Positions 11,204 to 25,016 of a DNA stretch of 64,000 nucleotides are shown here, in pieces. Origin of the DNA: Thelocarpon superellum (taxonomy: Eukaryota); the NCBI GenBank assembly GCA_026025795.1, contig JAPEUG010000055.1:1-64000 (forward strand), in the 5' to 3' direction. The notes under the pieces are model-generated. The model saw only the letters and a list, made by a program, of their open reading frames with translations. It was not told the origin of the DNA and made no database searches. Each line of letters starts with the position of its first letter. The stretch's first letter is position 1. The position numbers were made by a program, and so were the translations under genes.

Positions 11204-13081
11204 ATGGCTGGCATCCGAAAGGTCGCGGGCGACGTGCTCGACAGCTTCAAGCGGGACCCCAACGCGCGCGCCATCCCCAGCGGTGTCATCCGAGACGATG
11301 ACAAGCCTTGGGATATGGAAGATGCCTACGAGGCCACGGCGCGGTCTCCCTTAGCCAAACAGCTCAAGGCTCGGCATCTGCAGATGATTGCGATTGGGGG
11401 CGCAATCGGGGCCGGCCTCTTCATCAACACCGGCACTGCCTTGGCTACGGCCGGGCCGGGATCGCTGGTCATCGCCTTCATCATTGCCGGGGTGGCCATG
11501 TACTGCACCGTTCAGGCCCTGGGCGAGATGGCCGTGCTATTTCCCGTGGCGGGATCCTTCTCGGCCTACTCTACTCGATTTCTGGACCCGGCCTGGGGCT
11601 TTGCCATGGGGTGGAAGTGAGCGAAGTCTTCCTCGGCGCGCACACACACAGGTCTGGCGCTAACCTGGGTCAGTTATGTGCTGCAGAACCTGTCGGTGAT
11701 TCCGCTCGAGCTCGTGGCGGCGTCAATTGCGGCGGACTATTGGGCCAAGAACAGCATTTCGAACGCGGTGTGGATCACCATCTATTTCGTCATGCTGTGC
11801 GTGGTGAACTGCATGGACGTGCGCATGTACGGCGAGGTAGAGTTTGTCTTCACAACTATCAAAGTCGTGGCCATCCTTGGCTTCATGTGAGTTGGGTGCC
11901 CTCCCCGTCGCGGCCTCGCTGACCTCGCCAGCATCTTTGCCCTGGTGATCGATGTGGGTGGTGGCCCCAACGGCCACTTCATCGGGGGCATGTTCTGGCG
12001 CAACCCCGGCGCCTTTCTCAATGGCTTCAAGGGCTTCTCCACCGTGATCTCGACGGCCCTGTTCGCGTACGAGGGCACGGAACTAGTGGGGCTGTGTGCG
12101 GCGGAAACCAAATACCCACGACAGTCGATTCCGCCGGCGGTGCGACAGACGTTCTGGCGCATCACCTTTTGCTACGTCATCTCCATCATCATGGTGGGAC
12201 TCATCGTGAGTGCGGACGATCAGCAGCTGCTGGCGACGCCGGCCTCGGCCGCGGGGGACCCCACCGTTTCACCCTTCATCATCGCGATCAAGAACGCGGG
12301 GGTGAAGGGCCTGGATTCGGTCTTCAACGCCGTCATCCTGCTGGCCATCTTCGAAGTGGGCAACTCGGCGCTGTACGCGTCGACGCGGACGTTGACGGCG
12401 CTGGCGGAACAGCGACAAGCGCCTCACTTCCTGGCCTACATTGATCGACACGGGCGCCCGGTCGCGTCGGTGCTGGTGTCCTTGGTCGTAGCGCTCCTGG
12501 CCTATCTCGGCTCGACGTCTTCGGTGGCGCAGGTTGACGTGTTGATCTGGTTGACCACCATCTCCAGTCTGGCCAGCATCTTCACGTGGGGATCCATCTG
12601 TCTCTGCCACGTCCGTTTTCGGCGCGCGTGGATCTACCAAGGGCACAGCCTGGACGAGCTCGCCTTCAAGTCCAGCGTGGGCACCGTCGGATCCTGGGTC
12701 GCCATTGCCATTTACCTCTTCTTCCTGGTGCTCCAGCTCTGGATCGCCATCGCGCCCATTGGCTACGGCGACATGTCGGCCTCGGCGCGAGCCACCAACT
12801 TCTTCCAGCTCTACCTGGCCGTGCCCTTCATCGCCATCTTTTACGGGGTGTACAAGATCCTGATGCGGACGCGGGTCGTGCATAAGGACAACATGAACCT
12901 CTCCATCGGCGTGCTCAAGCTCACGCTGGAGCAGATTCGCGAAGAGGAGTGGGCCAAGCGCGCCCAGCCGCCGTGGTGGAAGAAAATCACGACGCATACC
13001 CCGAGCCATCCGTTCTGGAAACCACGGTCTGATGATCTCGAGATGGACTGGGGGTTTCGCGCCGCCAGTGCCGCCGAGTGA
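11204..13081 (+). CDS. Amino acid permease (APC superfamily, YAT/GAP1-like), 2 introns
   Basis: LKARHLQMIAIGGAIGAGLF, FLDPAWGFAMGW, YGEVEF, GTELVGL.AAETKYP and SPFIIAI motifs; many hydrophobic segments. Confidence 0.93.
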
Positions 13082-13435
13082 TGGCGCGTGGGAGATTGCT
13101 CTTGCCGGATGTTTTCTTATCTGCAGCACGATGCGTCATGACTGATCAAGTATACGTGGGTGGAGACAGGGAAGGAAGTGGAAAGGGGGAAGGGGGGATG
13201 AGCTGAGTGATTTACGACAGGCAGGGAGTTGGTTGGATACCCGGACTGGAGTCTGATGATGTCGTCTCTTCCTCTGATATCTTGGGCATAGTATGCTACA
13301 AAACATGCTCAACCGCCCGATTTGAGTCCCGCACCCGCACCCACACCCCTGGACGCCTCACCTCCGCCCCTTTCCCTCCTCTCGTCAAGCCTGTGAAACG
13401 AATCCGTATCCTCCGTACCTGTGGTGTGCAAGCCG

Positions 13436-16400
13436 TCACGAGCCCTGGTCACGAAGAGAAGTCGTCGACGAGCTCAGACCGGCATGTCCCGCTTCGCCCG
13501 TGGCCAGCCGCGTCTGCGACCCGCCACTGCCGCCGAGATTCAGATTCCCAATGCGCTGCACGATGTTGCTGCCCACGGCATCGACGGCGCCACGGGGCGC
13601 CATGAGCGTCGGCCCTTCGGCTGCTGTCTCCTGGACGCGGAACAGCCGGATGCCCGTGCCGTTCCACACGCCCACCGTGCCCTTCGACACGTGCATCTCG
13701 CTCGTGAAGATGAAGCCCCAGAGTAGTGACTCGTACCATCCTAGTGATAGTGGCGACCACTCGAACAAATGTACCCGTACTGCCGAGGGCTCGATGCCGT
13801 GTATTTGCGCGCCGTGAATCACCTGCAGCACTGATCGGCTGTGCGGGTCGCCGGAGGAGCTGACTCGCGATATGGCGGGGGAGAGCTCTTGGATGAGGGT
13901 TAGGATCGTGTGGAGTGGGAGTTGAGGGAGCCAGGTCTCGATCTGGACGGGGTCGTCAGTGGTTCGTTTGTCGTTGAAGGGGGTGCGGCGGGACAAACCC
14001 ATTGTACGGATGGCTCGAAGCCTCCTACGGTGCTTAAGCCGCTGTAATTGCCCAGACTCGTTGTGCTGCTATGCCGTGAGAAGGCGGGCGTCCCGACCGG
14101 TCTCTTGCCTCTCGCCTTTTCCGACATTCCTCGTAGCTGAGGCGGGACGGTGTCGTCGACCGAGGAGGCAATCGACGCGGCTCGCGAGTTCTGCGTGGGT
14201 GGTGATGATGGGCGTCTTGACGGCCGGGTGTCGTGCTCGTCGTCCGAATCGTCGTCCTCGCCTATGGCGAACGCGCTGCTCTCTTCTGGCACATCCGTCA
14301 AGGTTGGCGTCCGTGGCTGATGCGTTGAGGGACTGCGTAGGCTCTCACTCGCCTCGCCCCGGGTCGGGCTGGTCGCTCCGCCGTCCATGGCCTGTTCCTT
14401 TCGCTTTTGGTTCTGTCGCTCTATCTGCTCCTGTCCACTCTCGAGCGTAAAGGTGCGCAGGGCTTCGAACTTCTTCTTCGAGCGTAGAATGGCGTAAACG
14501 AAGTTGGCGTTGGCTGTGGAGCCTTCCGTTAACACGTTAGTCCCTCAGACGAGGACAGGATACATACATTTGTATTGATGTTCGATGATTGCATTCATCG
14601 ACTCTAGTAACGATGAGAGCAAGGCATGGTTGCCATCGTTTGCCAAGAGGAATGAGGGCGATGACATGGAATCGAAGAGCTGCACGATCTTCGCACTGGC
14701 CGTGGCCCCGAGGTTCTCCACGTACGCGGCAATGTTGTTGATGATGGCGAGTAATGCAGGGTAGATGGCCTGCAGTCGGCTCTTGCTGGCCGTGATCAGA
14801 GTATAGATCGACTATGACGAGTGAGCTTGCTGGTCTTCTAATCGGCGGGGTGACGTACAATGATGAGGTAGTCGCCATAAGAGCCATGGAACCCCGGGAT
14901 CCGGACACTGGTAGGCAGGGAATTTTGACCCTCAAAGGTCTTGTTCAACCCCTGGCCGAAGCTAGGCTCGGAGCTCAAGGTCTGTAGCACAAAGACACAC
15001 ATGCGCACGACGCCGTGGTTGGCGGCATCCGACCGGTACTCAAGGGCGTAGAAGAGGATCAGAATGACAAAATCGTGCGCTCGGTCGGTGTCGATGAGAA
15101 AAGAGCGGAAGCGCTTGTTGCACTGCAATGTTTCCCAAAAGAGGATGATCATCTCAGGGGCCCATTTAAGTGATTTCTGACTCCCTGGCAGGTAGGAGGC
15201 ATTGGCTTGGACCTAGGCCACTCAGCATCCTCCGATTGGCACCGCGTTACTCTCTTAGCACTCACGGGTTGGTGCAAAATCTTCGTCATGCCCTCAACCA
15301 GGAATTGAAAGTCCTGTGCGCGATGAAGTCGCCCGAGAAAATGGCGATAGTAATTCTTCGATTGCGGGCCATCAGGCCGCTCGGGGATTGGATAGAGCAG
15401 CAGGATGAGAAGAAATTGTAGCGAATACGTGACCAGGGCCTGTTTGGGGTCTTTGAAGACGACGTGGTCATACGGCACCCGCCAGCTGGCTGGATTATAT
15501 TTGAGTGTCTGTCCGAGTGTCAGAAGAGGCCCAGCTTCGCTCCAGCGACATACGCACCGTGTTGAGCAACGAACACAGCACGGACAGCACGACTTGTTTA
15601 TCCGGACAAGTCGTCATGTACGTTAGAGCTTTGGTGCCTTTGACGGGCAAGATGTCTATCGACGTCAGATGTGTTCACGGTGCTCATCGCGGCACGTACT
15701 CGCTGTCATGTAGAGTGATTTGCTGGCGATGGTGAGCAAGAGACGCAGCACCTCGCACCGATTACTCTCCAGCTCTTTGCTCGTGGCTACAGCCGTGTTG
15801 CAGCCCACGCCACTCTGCCAGATGGTGTAGGTGACCTTGCTTTTGCTGATGGGCGACGGCGGTAAGGTGAAGTTGGTGAAGAAGAGCAAATCGGTCAAGG
15901 TATCGAGCAGCTCTTCCGCCAAGGGTTTGATTTCCTCCACCTTGTCCGTCGTCTCGCCTGACTTCGTTTCGTCATCGGTCTTGGACTCGTCGAACAGCAC
16001 CTCGGATCCGGTGCCGGGGCCGGCCTTGGCAGGTCGCTTTCGGACGGCCCAAAAGAATTGCTCCTCCCATGGGTCGAGCTGATCGACTTCGTAGAGGAAG
16101 GGAAGAAGTCGGGTCAGGACGCGGATGCAATTCAATGCGTCACGTTCGGGTGCGAGGTCTGGATGGGGAAATGAAGGGTGATTGCGTAAGACGAAGAGGC
16201 GCGAGGTCACCGCGAGGATCAGGGTTTCGAGGTTGGCCAGAGAGACATCACGGGAGCGACGAATGTCCGTGGCAGAGAAGAGGGTGAAGACATCCTCGGT
16301 GGACTCGGGGAGCTCCCAGAACTGTCATTGCAAAGCCTCGGCGTCAGCGGGTACGAAGTCTGATGTGGGGCCCCTCTGTCGACCTACCGACGTCCAGTAT

Positions 16401-16483
16401 GGGTCATCGGGAGGGATGACCTTTCCCTCTGATAATCGGAAGACGCCCTTCTTGAAGACAAGCTTCGAGTCCGAGGCCCCCAT
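13436..16483 (-). CDS. HID1: HID1/Ecm30 family (dymeclin-like) protein, multi-exon
   Basis: Myristoylation-like start MGASDSKL; RDALNCIRVLTRLLPFLYE, TIWQSGVG, LGRLHRAQDFQFL and C-terminal VWNGTGIRLF motifs. Confidence 0.88.
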
Positions 16484-16841
16484 GTCTCATCGCATGACCG
16501 TTTGCCGGCGACAAGATGGTTGCCTCAGTTCGTCCACGTTGACAGTGACGAATACGGATGGTTCGGCGGTTCGACGTTCACGCTTCGTCGGCAATCTACA
16601 GCACGAGGAGCAGCAACAATAGGCGAACACCGACGCTCCGAACAACGTGAGGATGAGGGTCCGTCGTCACCTCGCCCGTGGAACACACCTTGATCATCCT
16701 TCCCCGCCTGACAGACCAGCTTCTGTAAGGTAAATGAAAGCTACGATTGCTGGACAGCAGGTTCCCTAAGACTGAAGATGGATATTGCAGACGGCGTCCC
16801 GTCCAACGTGCAACGCGTTGCCCCCACCATCCCGTCACGAC

Positions 16842-17710
16842 CTAAGAGTACAACGCCGGCGACCCTGGACTTGCTCTCCCTCGTTCGTACAACCAGCGGC
16901 TATTCAAGCCGACACTGGCACGTTTTCCGCTAGACGGGCTAGGCGTGGCTGGGAGGCCCATGACACTTGCGTTGTTGCCCGTGGCATTGGCCCCCAGGGG
17001 GGAGGGCGACGCATACGAATTGCGGCGAGTCAGATCGCGACTGCCACCGGCGACGGCCTTCTGTAAGAGAGGACTGGCCATGGGCGAGTAGGGCGATCCA
17101 CCAGGTGAGGCCGCGTTGGCCGGACTTCCCTTGCCCGAGAGGGGCGAGCTGCCGTAGCTGCTCGCCCGGCTTCCGGGTGTGCCACTTCCGGGCGTCGACG
17201 AACGATGATAGCGAGGTGGAGTGATGTATGTGGACCCGGGCGTGACGGGCGAGGATGCCCTCGGATCCAACCCAAGCAGCGCTCGCTGGGGCGGGGTCAA
17301 CGGGATATCGGATAGATCGTCCTTTCGACGCGCGAGCGGGGCAAGGGCAGCAGCGATGTTGTAGCACAGTACGAGGCGTAGGAGGAGAACGGGGTAGGCC
17401 AAATAGGAGAGGACCATTGCCATGGAGTCGTGTCCAAAAGGGCTACGACATCTCACATCAGTTGGAACCAGGGAGGACGTGAGCATGCGACCGACCTCAT
17501 GCCAACTAGCCATCCCACGGCCCACGTGGCGGCGAGTGATCCTGCATTCCACATGATGCGGTGGACATTCCTCTCCGTGAAAGTGCACGCATTCTGCCGC
17601 CGTGCGATCTCATCGAATCGTGGGTGTCGCCACGTCCCCGTGTTGGGAGTGACGGGTGCCGAAGTGGTCATTTGAGAGACCGGCGTGGCCGGAACCACTG
17701 ATGATGCCAT
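16842..17710 (-). CDS. POM34: Nuclear pore membrane protein Pom34-like (NPCC domain)
   Basis: [21 protein letters not shown], transmembrane segments, [19 protein letters not shown]-terminal LNSRWLYE. Confidence 0.75.
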
Positions 17711-18155
17711 TGTGCTCAAAGTTGCCTCAATCACTGATTACCGTGCGCGCTACAAAATCAATCAGCAGGACCCTCGGAACATGAGCGAGCTGGTTGCCTT
17801 ACCGGAGACGTGACGTAGGACCCACGGTTCTCTTACCTTCGGGAGCTCATTCAGTCTCCTCGGCTTACCTTCACCGACCTAATGGATCCGCATGCCTGAA
17901 GCCTGGAGACTCAAGACCAGACGGGACCTCACCGACGATGTGGTCGTGGTCGTGGTCGTTGTTCGTCTGTCGGATCCTTTGACATTCGTGCCCTGTTGAC
18001 ATTGAACGGATTGGGAGAAGGTAGGATTAGTCATCAATAGCAAGCAGCTCGGCTTGGCCATGACGCTGGAGCTCGGTCCAACCCGCTTCGATGCTTGATC
18101 CCATTCCATTCATTGTCTGCCTCCATTCCCCGGGACCTAGGATCGGCGTCTCACC

Positions 18156-20126
18156 ATGGCGATGGGGGTTTCGATCATGGAGCACATTGACCAACAGCTC
18201 AGCGTGCTTTTCTCGGGATGGTCCGTCTACACGACAGCCATCACTGTCGTGCTGATTGCGTTTGTCGTTTATCCATGGCTGACCTGGTCCGACCCGGACA
18301 TCCACCCACTCCTGTTGTCCCGTCAGGCGTACAGTGCCCCTGTTCGGAATCTTGGTGAATCGGCTGTCCATCGATCTGCCGAAGCTGCGTATGGATATCC
18401 GCTCAAGACTGGTCTAGGCATCAAAGATGCTGGTGCTCCGCAATGGAAAGCGGGCCGAGACGGCGACCTACGAGATATCTGGCGGCGGGCGGCGGGGCAG
18501 TCAGTGGGTCAGGACGGAAAATTGGCGGACCAGAAAGCCAAAGTCTTTACGATTCTCGGTCGAGACGAGATTATCGAGCATAGCCCAGGTGGGTGGCATA
18601 GATTAGCGTTCGGTTCTAGCGGCTGACTGGGCGCAGAGGAAATCTCGCAGGATATCAAGATCATAGGCAGTCACATACGAGAGCGTAAAGGCAGCCGTGT
18701 GGCTATCTATCTCTCCAATTCCCTCGAGCTTCTTGCTGCAATCTTTGGTGGGTCGGTGAACGACCATGTCCGTGCCCAACTAACCAATCGACAGCTGCGG
18801 CGTACTATGACCTGACACCTATCCTTCTGCCCTACGATCAATCGCCTGCTACAGTGCTCGAGCTTCTCCGGCAGACTGGTCCGGATTTTCTGATTGCTGC
18901 GGCAGGCACTGTCCCGCTATCCGATCTGGCGGAGAAGATGCCTAAGGTCCACGAGGTCATGTGGGTCGTGCAACCAGGAAGCCGACATATGGATTGGAAT
19001 GAAGAGCCTCAGGGAGTGGATAAGCATCTCAAAGTATCCGTGTGGCATGAACTGGTCGAAGGGCAACGTGCCGCCACCAGTGCCGACCTACCAGGTTTTA
19101 CAGAGAAAAGCCAGCCTGCGAAGGACGTTGTGACCGTATGGCAAAAGGAAAAGGACGGCAGTGGGGAGATGGTCCAGTTCACCCAAAAGGTAAGGCACTC
19201 GGCCACAATCCGGCATGACTATGCTAATCAGTGAATCGTGCAGAACATCGTGGCTGGCATTTCCGCACTGCTCACATCGCTGCCCCCTCGACAGAGACTG
19301 AATCCCTCCGATTTGTTCCTGCCCGCAGACGCCCTATCCTTCATCTACCCTCTCACTCTGACCCTTGCCGCCCTCTTTTCTGGTGCATCGCTGGCATTGA
19401 ACTCCGTGGCAGGCCCGGGAGCAGACCTCACGCTAGCCAGCCGCGGAGTCGCCCCAACGGTCATAGCCATCTCCGCCGAGACGGCAGCAGCCGCACATGA
19501 GAAAGCCCAAGCTCGCGGCGGCGGAATCCTCTCAAAGATCTCGCACTGGCTGCACTCACGCACGCTAGCAGCGGGACACTTGCCACAGACGGTACAGAGT
19601 CTCTTCACGAGCATCAACAATGACACAGCTCCCGCGACGGCCACTACCCCTGGCAAACTACGCATTCTCTACGTCTCGGACCGCGCCCAGACAAGTTGTC
19701 CCGCGTTGAGTTCCACCACGCTTTCCGACCTTCGCATCTATGCCGGCGCTCGCGTCATATACGCGCTGACGGCCGCGAAAGTCGCCGGCGCCATCGCCCA
19801 GACGAATATCTACGACTACCGCCGCGACGAGGACCCCTCGGCCACACACGCCCACTTTGGTGTACCACTCAGCTCGCTGGAGATTAAGCTCGTTGACACG
19901 CCGACGCATAAGACGACCGACGAAGGCAGGCCGCAGGGCGAGGTACGTTCACGTCCCTCCCTTCCCTCCCCTCCACGTTCCCTCATCCTACCATACCGTA
20001 CAATGGGTACCACCGGGCTAACACCGAGCTCAGATCATCGTCACTGGGCCCTCCGTGGCTGGAGGGGAAGCGGCATTAGGCGTCGTGGGCGCCTTCAGGG
20101 AAGATGGTACCCTGGCGTACGTATGA
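18156..20126 (+). CDS. Membrane-anchored degenerate adenylate-forming (acyl-CoA synthetase-like) protein, multi-exon
   Basis: N-terminal TM segment plus DPDIHPLLLSRQ..APVRNLGESAVHRS; VAIYLSNSLE, FTQKNIVAGISA, HFGVPLSSLEIKL..GEIIVTGPSV..FREDGTL. Start may be 18177. Confidence 0.75.
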
Positions 20127-22583
20127 AGCTACGAATCGTCGTGTCACATTGTATGCTTGATTGGTACCAACTGATTGAAAGCGGCTTCGAGCGAGCAATG
20201 GTGAACGACGTTGCACTGTCTTACTTTTGCCTTCTATCGGAAATGCAATGGACATGACCAGTTCTTCGAAACGAAACGAATCGAGTGTGATACATCTACC
20301 AATTGGTCTAGTCCGTCGATGGTTCCAGCGCCATAAATACAAAGTCTATGAGCGGAGTCGATAATCAGAAATTGAAACAGGACAACGGGCGACAGGAAGA
20401 AATCTAATTGTGTTGTTGGCGTGCCCCGGCGCACACCCCTTCTATCCCAGTACCAGAAATAAGTGCAGGAGGAGTGGAAGACAAGGCGCGATTATCTTAT
20501 GGCCTTGGCAATCACGGACTTGGGCATGCCGTTTCGAGCGAGCGCCGCATTATCGTGTGGCCTAGCGAGCCTCCATGTCCACGGTCAGGAACGAGCCGGG
20601 CGGTAGAGGCTGTACGGACTCACAGGAGGTCCGTCGAAACACGACGCGTGCCACTCCTCCTCAACATGGAGCAAAGCTTGGCTCGTTATGCGCCCGAAGG
20701 ACTCGGCGGTGGATTGGCTGGCGGCGACGGAGGGTCGCTTCTCGAGCAATTGCGGACTTGCCCCGACACGTCGAGGCGGGCCAGAATAGGTTTCGATGGG
20801 GAGCGCCGACGGTCGTCCCGTTGGGTCATGGCCGAATGGTGGCCGGTCTGGTCTGGGCTACTAGGGCACGTTGTGCGGCTGCCGTCACCCATGACTGGAA
20901 TGTGAGACGCCTGGCTAGGTCACGGTAAGGAGAGGAGAGGAGGGAGTAGACGGGATGAAGACAGGTCGATCGGTGCAACGAGATCGGCGAGAGTTTGAGA
21001 CTGTGTTGCAGAAGATAAGATTTGGGCACGACACAAGGATGAGTCCCAAGGTTGGGATTAAATAGTCAGGTACCACGACGGACGACAGTTGACGGACGAC
21101 CAAAGGTTTGGTCGACGGGCCCATGTATCGTGGCAAATACCACGCTATCAAGCCTGCATCTTCCCGAGCGGTTTGTCCGGCTCGACGGGACCTAGCCTCG
21201 TCAGGACCCGGGCAGGGTCTGGTGCGTACCGATCGAGGACAACGAAGGTGGTGGAAGGGTTTAGGGCGCGGACATCCAAGTCGTGGAATGGACTGGAATG
21301 AGCTGGCTCCCGCCATTCCGAAGCCCCGGGTAGCAGACGGGAGAGAAGAGATATGACACGTCAGAGCACAAGGTCGGAATCTCTGGCAAGATTCACCAAG
21401 CGTGGGATGCGGCCGGATAAACGCGGTGGGCGGTGGGCACGGATCTGTACGATGAATGGGCACAAATCCTCGGACCAGTACACGGCCTAGATCAATAATG
21501 CCTTGCCGGGTTGGCCTTCCATCTCCCGAGCTGCAGGCTCGACGGCCGGGGCAAGCATCGGACGAGACGACCTGCGTATGAGCTCAGATTGATGCAGATT
21601 GACGCAGATCCATCACACAGATGCAAGCCTTCTTGTCCTGCTCTCCACCTCTGTGCATGGAGAGGCTGGCGGCGGCCAGCCCACGCCGCAGCGGACCAGG
21701 ATCCCTCGTGTCATTAGACATGTTTCAACCAAAGCCGGGGCTGTGGATTACTCCCACCGCGAAGAGCGGCCAATCACGCCCTCTTCCCCAGTGGAGAATT
21801 CGTCTCGGTGGAGGGGGAGCGAAAGGCGGTCTGACCCTCGCCCACATTTTCTTAGTACCTCTCGACTCTGCATGGTAGGTCGGCGGGGGCGTCACTCCAT
21901 CATCCAAGCCCCCAAAACGCCACAGTCGAGTTTGGGAGCGCCCCAGGCGTAGAAAAAGCACGCACCGGTGCCAAAACGAGTGCATTCCAAGACCTAGCTT
22001 GACCAATGTACTTGCCACATGCACCCTTTCTCTTGACTCAACCCAACTTGACACGGCTTCCGGTCACATCGTGCCTGCTCCGGCCTTACATCAGCACAGC
22101 TGGTGGCCCACAGCGCGCGGCATCGGTTAAATCACGCCGCGGTCAATCAAATCCTGCCTGGAGTAGAATGGGATGGTGTGAACCAGAACAACTGGCCGAC
22201 TCAAGTCACTCAATTGTTTCAGTGTTTATGTTACTGTTACTGCACTCTCTAATCCGAAAGGCGACGCTTACTTTGTCCGTTGGACGCATGGTCGACGTAG
22301 AAGAAATGAATCTTGCCTCCTTCGCCGAGCAAGTCTATCCGAGTGGCTCGTGTAAAGCTGCCAAACTCGCACGCGATCGATCTTCTACATCGCCTTGAAC
22401 GCCTACTACCGACGTCCGGTCAGCTCAAGTGTACAATCAACCCGCTCTACCATGTCTCTGTGAGCATGGACCAGTCGGCTCTGGCCATCGAAGCACAGCC
22501 GCGCGCCGAGCTTCGAAGAGATCATCTTGAACGAAAGCTAGCCTCTTCTCGCGGATTGCGTCCTCGTCGGAGGTGCGCCCATC

Positions 22584-24051
22584 ATGTCGGTATGGAATCC
22601 CGACAATGTCAAAGACGTGGCCGAGGCCGTTGGGATCGCCTCACTGAGTGATGACGTGGTGCAAAACCTCGCGCGCGACGTTGAATACCGCATCTCCCAG
22701 GTGCTGGAGGAGGCGTTGAAGTTCATGCGACATGGCAAGAGAACCACCCTCTCGACACAGGATGTCTCTCAAGCGTTGCGCGTCCTCGATGTCGAGCCTC
22801 TCTATGGCTACGAATCGACCCGACCCCTCCGGTTTGGCGAAGCTTCTATTGGACCTGGACAGCCTCTCTTCTATGTCGAGGATGACGAGGTCGACTTTGA
22901 GAAGCTGATCAACGCGCCCTTGCCAAAGGTGCCCCGCGAGATCACATTCACGGGTGGGACCCCCGAAGTGTCATCGCATGCGGGAGGTTGCTGACGGATG
23001 ACTGTAGCGCATTGGTTGGCGGTCGAAGGCGTTCAGCCAACCATTCCCCAGAATCCCAGCACGGCCGAGTCTCGGAACCAAGATCTGGTGCCCAAGGGGA
23101 CGGGGGCTACGGCCAGCCTGGCTGCCCTGACTGGGGGCGATCACATTACCATGAAACCACCAGTCAAGCACATCCTCTCGAAAGAGCTTCAGCTCTACTT
23201 TGAGCGCATATGTGGCGCCATCCTGGACGAAGAGAACGAGGAGTTCCGCATCGCTGCCTTTGCAAGCCTCCGGAGTGATCTGGGCCTCCACCAGCTCGTG
23301 CCCTACTTTGTGCAATTCGTCGCCGAGAAAGTGACACACAATCTCAAGGATCTCTTTGTGCTCCGGCAGATGCTGGAACTGACCGCCGCGATGCTTGACA
23401 ACGACAGTCTCTACGTGGACCCTTATGTAGGCTACACCCCACACGGGTCGTCGCCAATGCGCGCTAATGCTTCACCAGATTGCCTCCATCGTTCCGCCCG
23501 TGCTGACCTGTCTGGTCGGCCGGCGATTGGGCGCAGATCCGAGCTCGCCGGCACATTACGTTGTCCGTGATCTGGCCGCATCGCTGATCGGCATGATCGC
23601 ACGCAAACACGCCAAGGCCTCGCAGACGCTGAAGCCACGACTGGCACGGACGTGCCTGAAACATTTTCTCGACCCGAACAAATCCCTGGGGGGCCACTAT
23701 GGCGCCATCGCTGGACTGCAAGCAGTCGGTGGCACCGAAGCCGTGCGCGTCTTGATTCTCCCCAATATCAAGGCGTACGAATCCGTACTCCGAGACGAGA
23801 TCCTGGAGGATGGACCGAAGAAGACAGACGCCGAAATGGTGGCCAGCGCGCTACTCAAGGCGCTGCGCTCACTCGAGGCCGATCAAATGCCTATGACCAA
23901 CGGCGCATCCGGCTCGGGCGGAGAAGAGACGAGGCAGAGGCTGATTGAACGCTTGGGTGTGGTGATGGGCACCAAGGTCGCTGAACTGGGCCGGGCGAGG
24001 CTCTCGCACGCCATCCTCGATGATGACAATATGGAAATGACGGGCGTGTAA
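22584..24051 (+). CDS. TAF6: TFIID/SAGA subunit TAF6 (2 introns)
   Basis: H4-like histone fold [62 protein letters not shown]. Confidence 0.96.
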
Positions 24052-25016
24052 GCTGAGCACTTCCGTTCTCATTGCCGCGGTCTGGAACGTATCCATTGCG
24101 GACGTTTATATGGGGGCGTCTTGAGGTGGTAATCGCCTTGCCCATCACCAAGTCTGGGTGGGACACCTGATTGAACTCATTGATCTTATGAAGGTTACAA
24201 TCCTGAATTCACATCAACCGATGCCAGTAAACGGACCGGAGCCCACATTTATTTAGTAGGTGTTCACGTAATATCAAGCATGCGTAGGGAGTCTCGGAGC
24301 TGCAAAAAGCAAAACGTACAACAGCGGGGATTCGCTGGTCGTCACCGACCCAACTACTGGTCCGCCGATCTGTGGCTTATGTATGGCAGAGCGGACGGGA
24401 TGCCCAGTTCTCCACAGTCTATGGTCGTACGTACCCAGCATGTGCATAAAGCATTATCTATACTAGTTAATAGAATCTGCGCGGCAAAAACCCCGTCGAG
24501 GTCGATACGGCAATTCAACGGGCCGCATGCAAAATTTAGGGCGGGGTTCACGCGGCGGCTTGCCCGGGTGGCCCGATATTCCTCTTTCGACCAACCCGCC
24601 GCAAAATCCCATGCTCGAACGAACTTCACAAGATTTTTGACCCGGGCCGACCACACAGTATTCGAGACGGGACTAGGATTCAAGTTGGGGGAAACGGCAG
24701 GTCACTGGTCACATATGTCTCGTGACATCTGCTTAGAGGACCAGGAGGTAGAAAGGTGAGGGAGGCTCTTGTTTGTCTGACTGTCGCGCGACATGCTGGC
24801 GCTCGGATGAAAGACGGACAACAATCATAATCTAGATCACGACACCAAATCTTCCCGACGACCTCAATCAAGTTCACTTACCTCACCCTGTTTCCAGGCC
24901 ACCATCCCTGGTTGGGATGTACTCACTTCTCTCGCCCGGCTCTGGAATGATCTGAAAGAAGCCGCTGCTCTTCTCTTACCGTCAAAAACTTCCCACCTCG
25001 GTAGCTTGCCTTCTCC

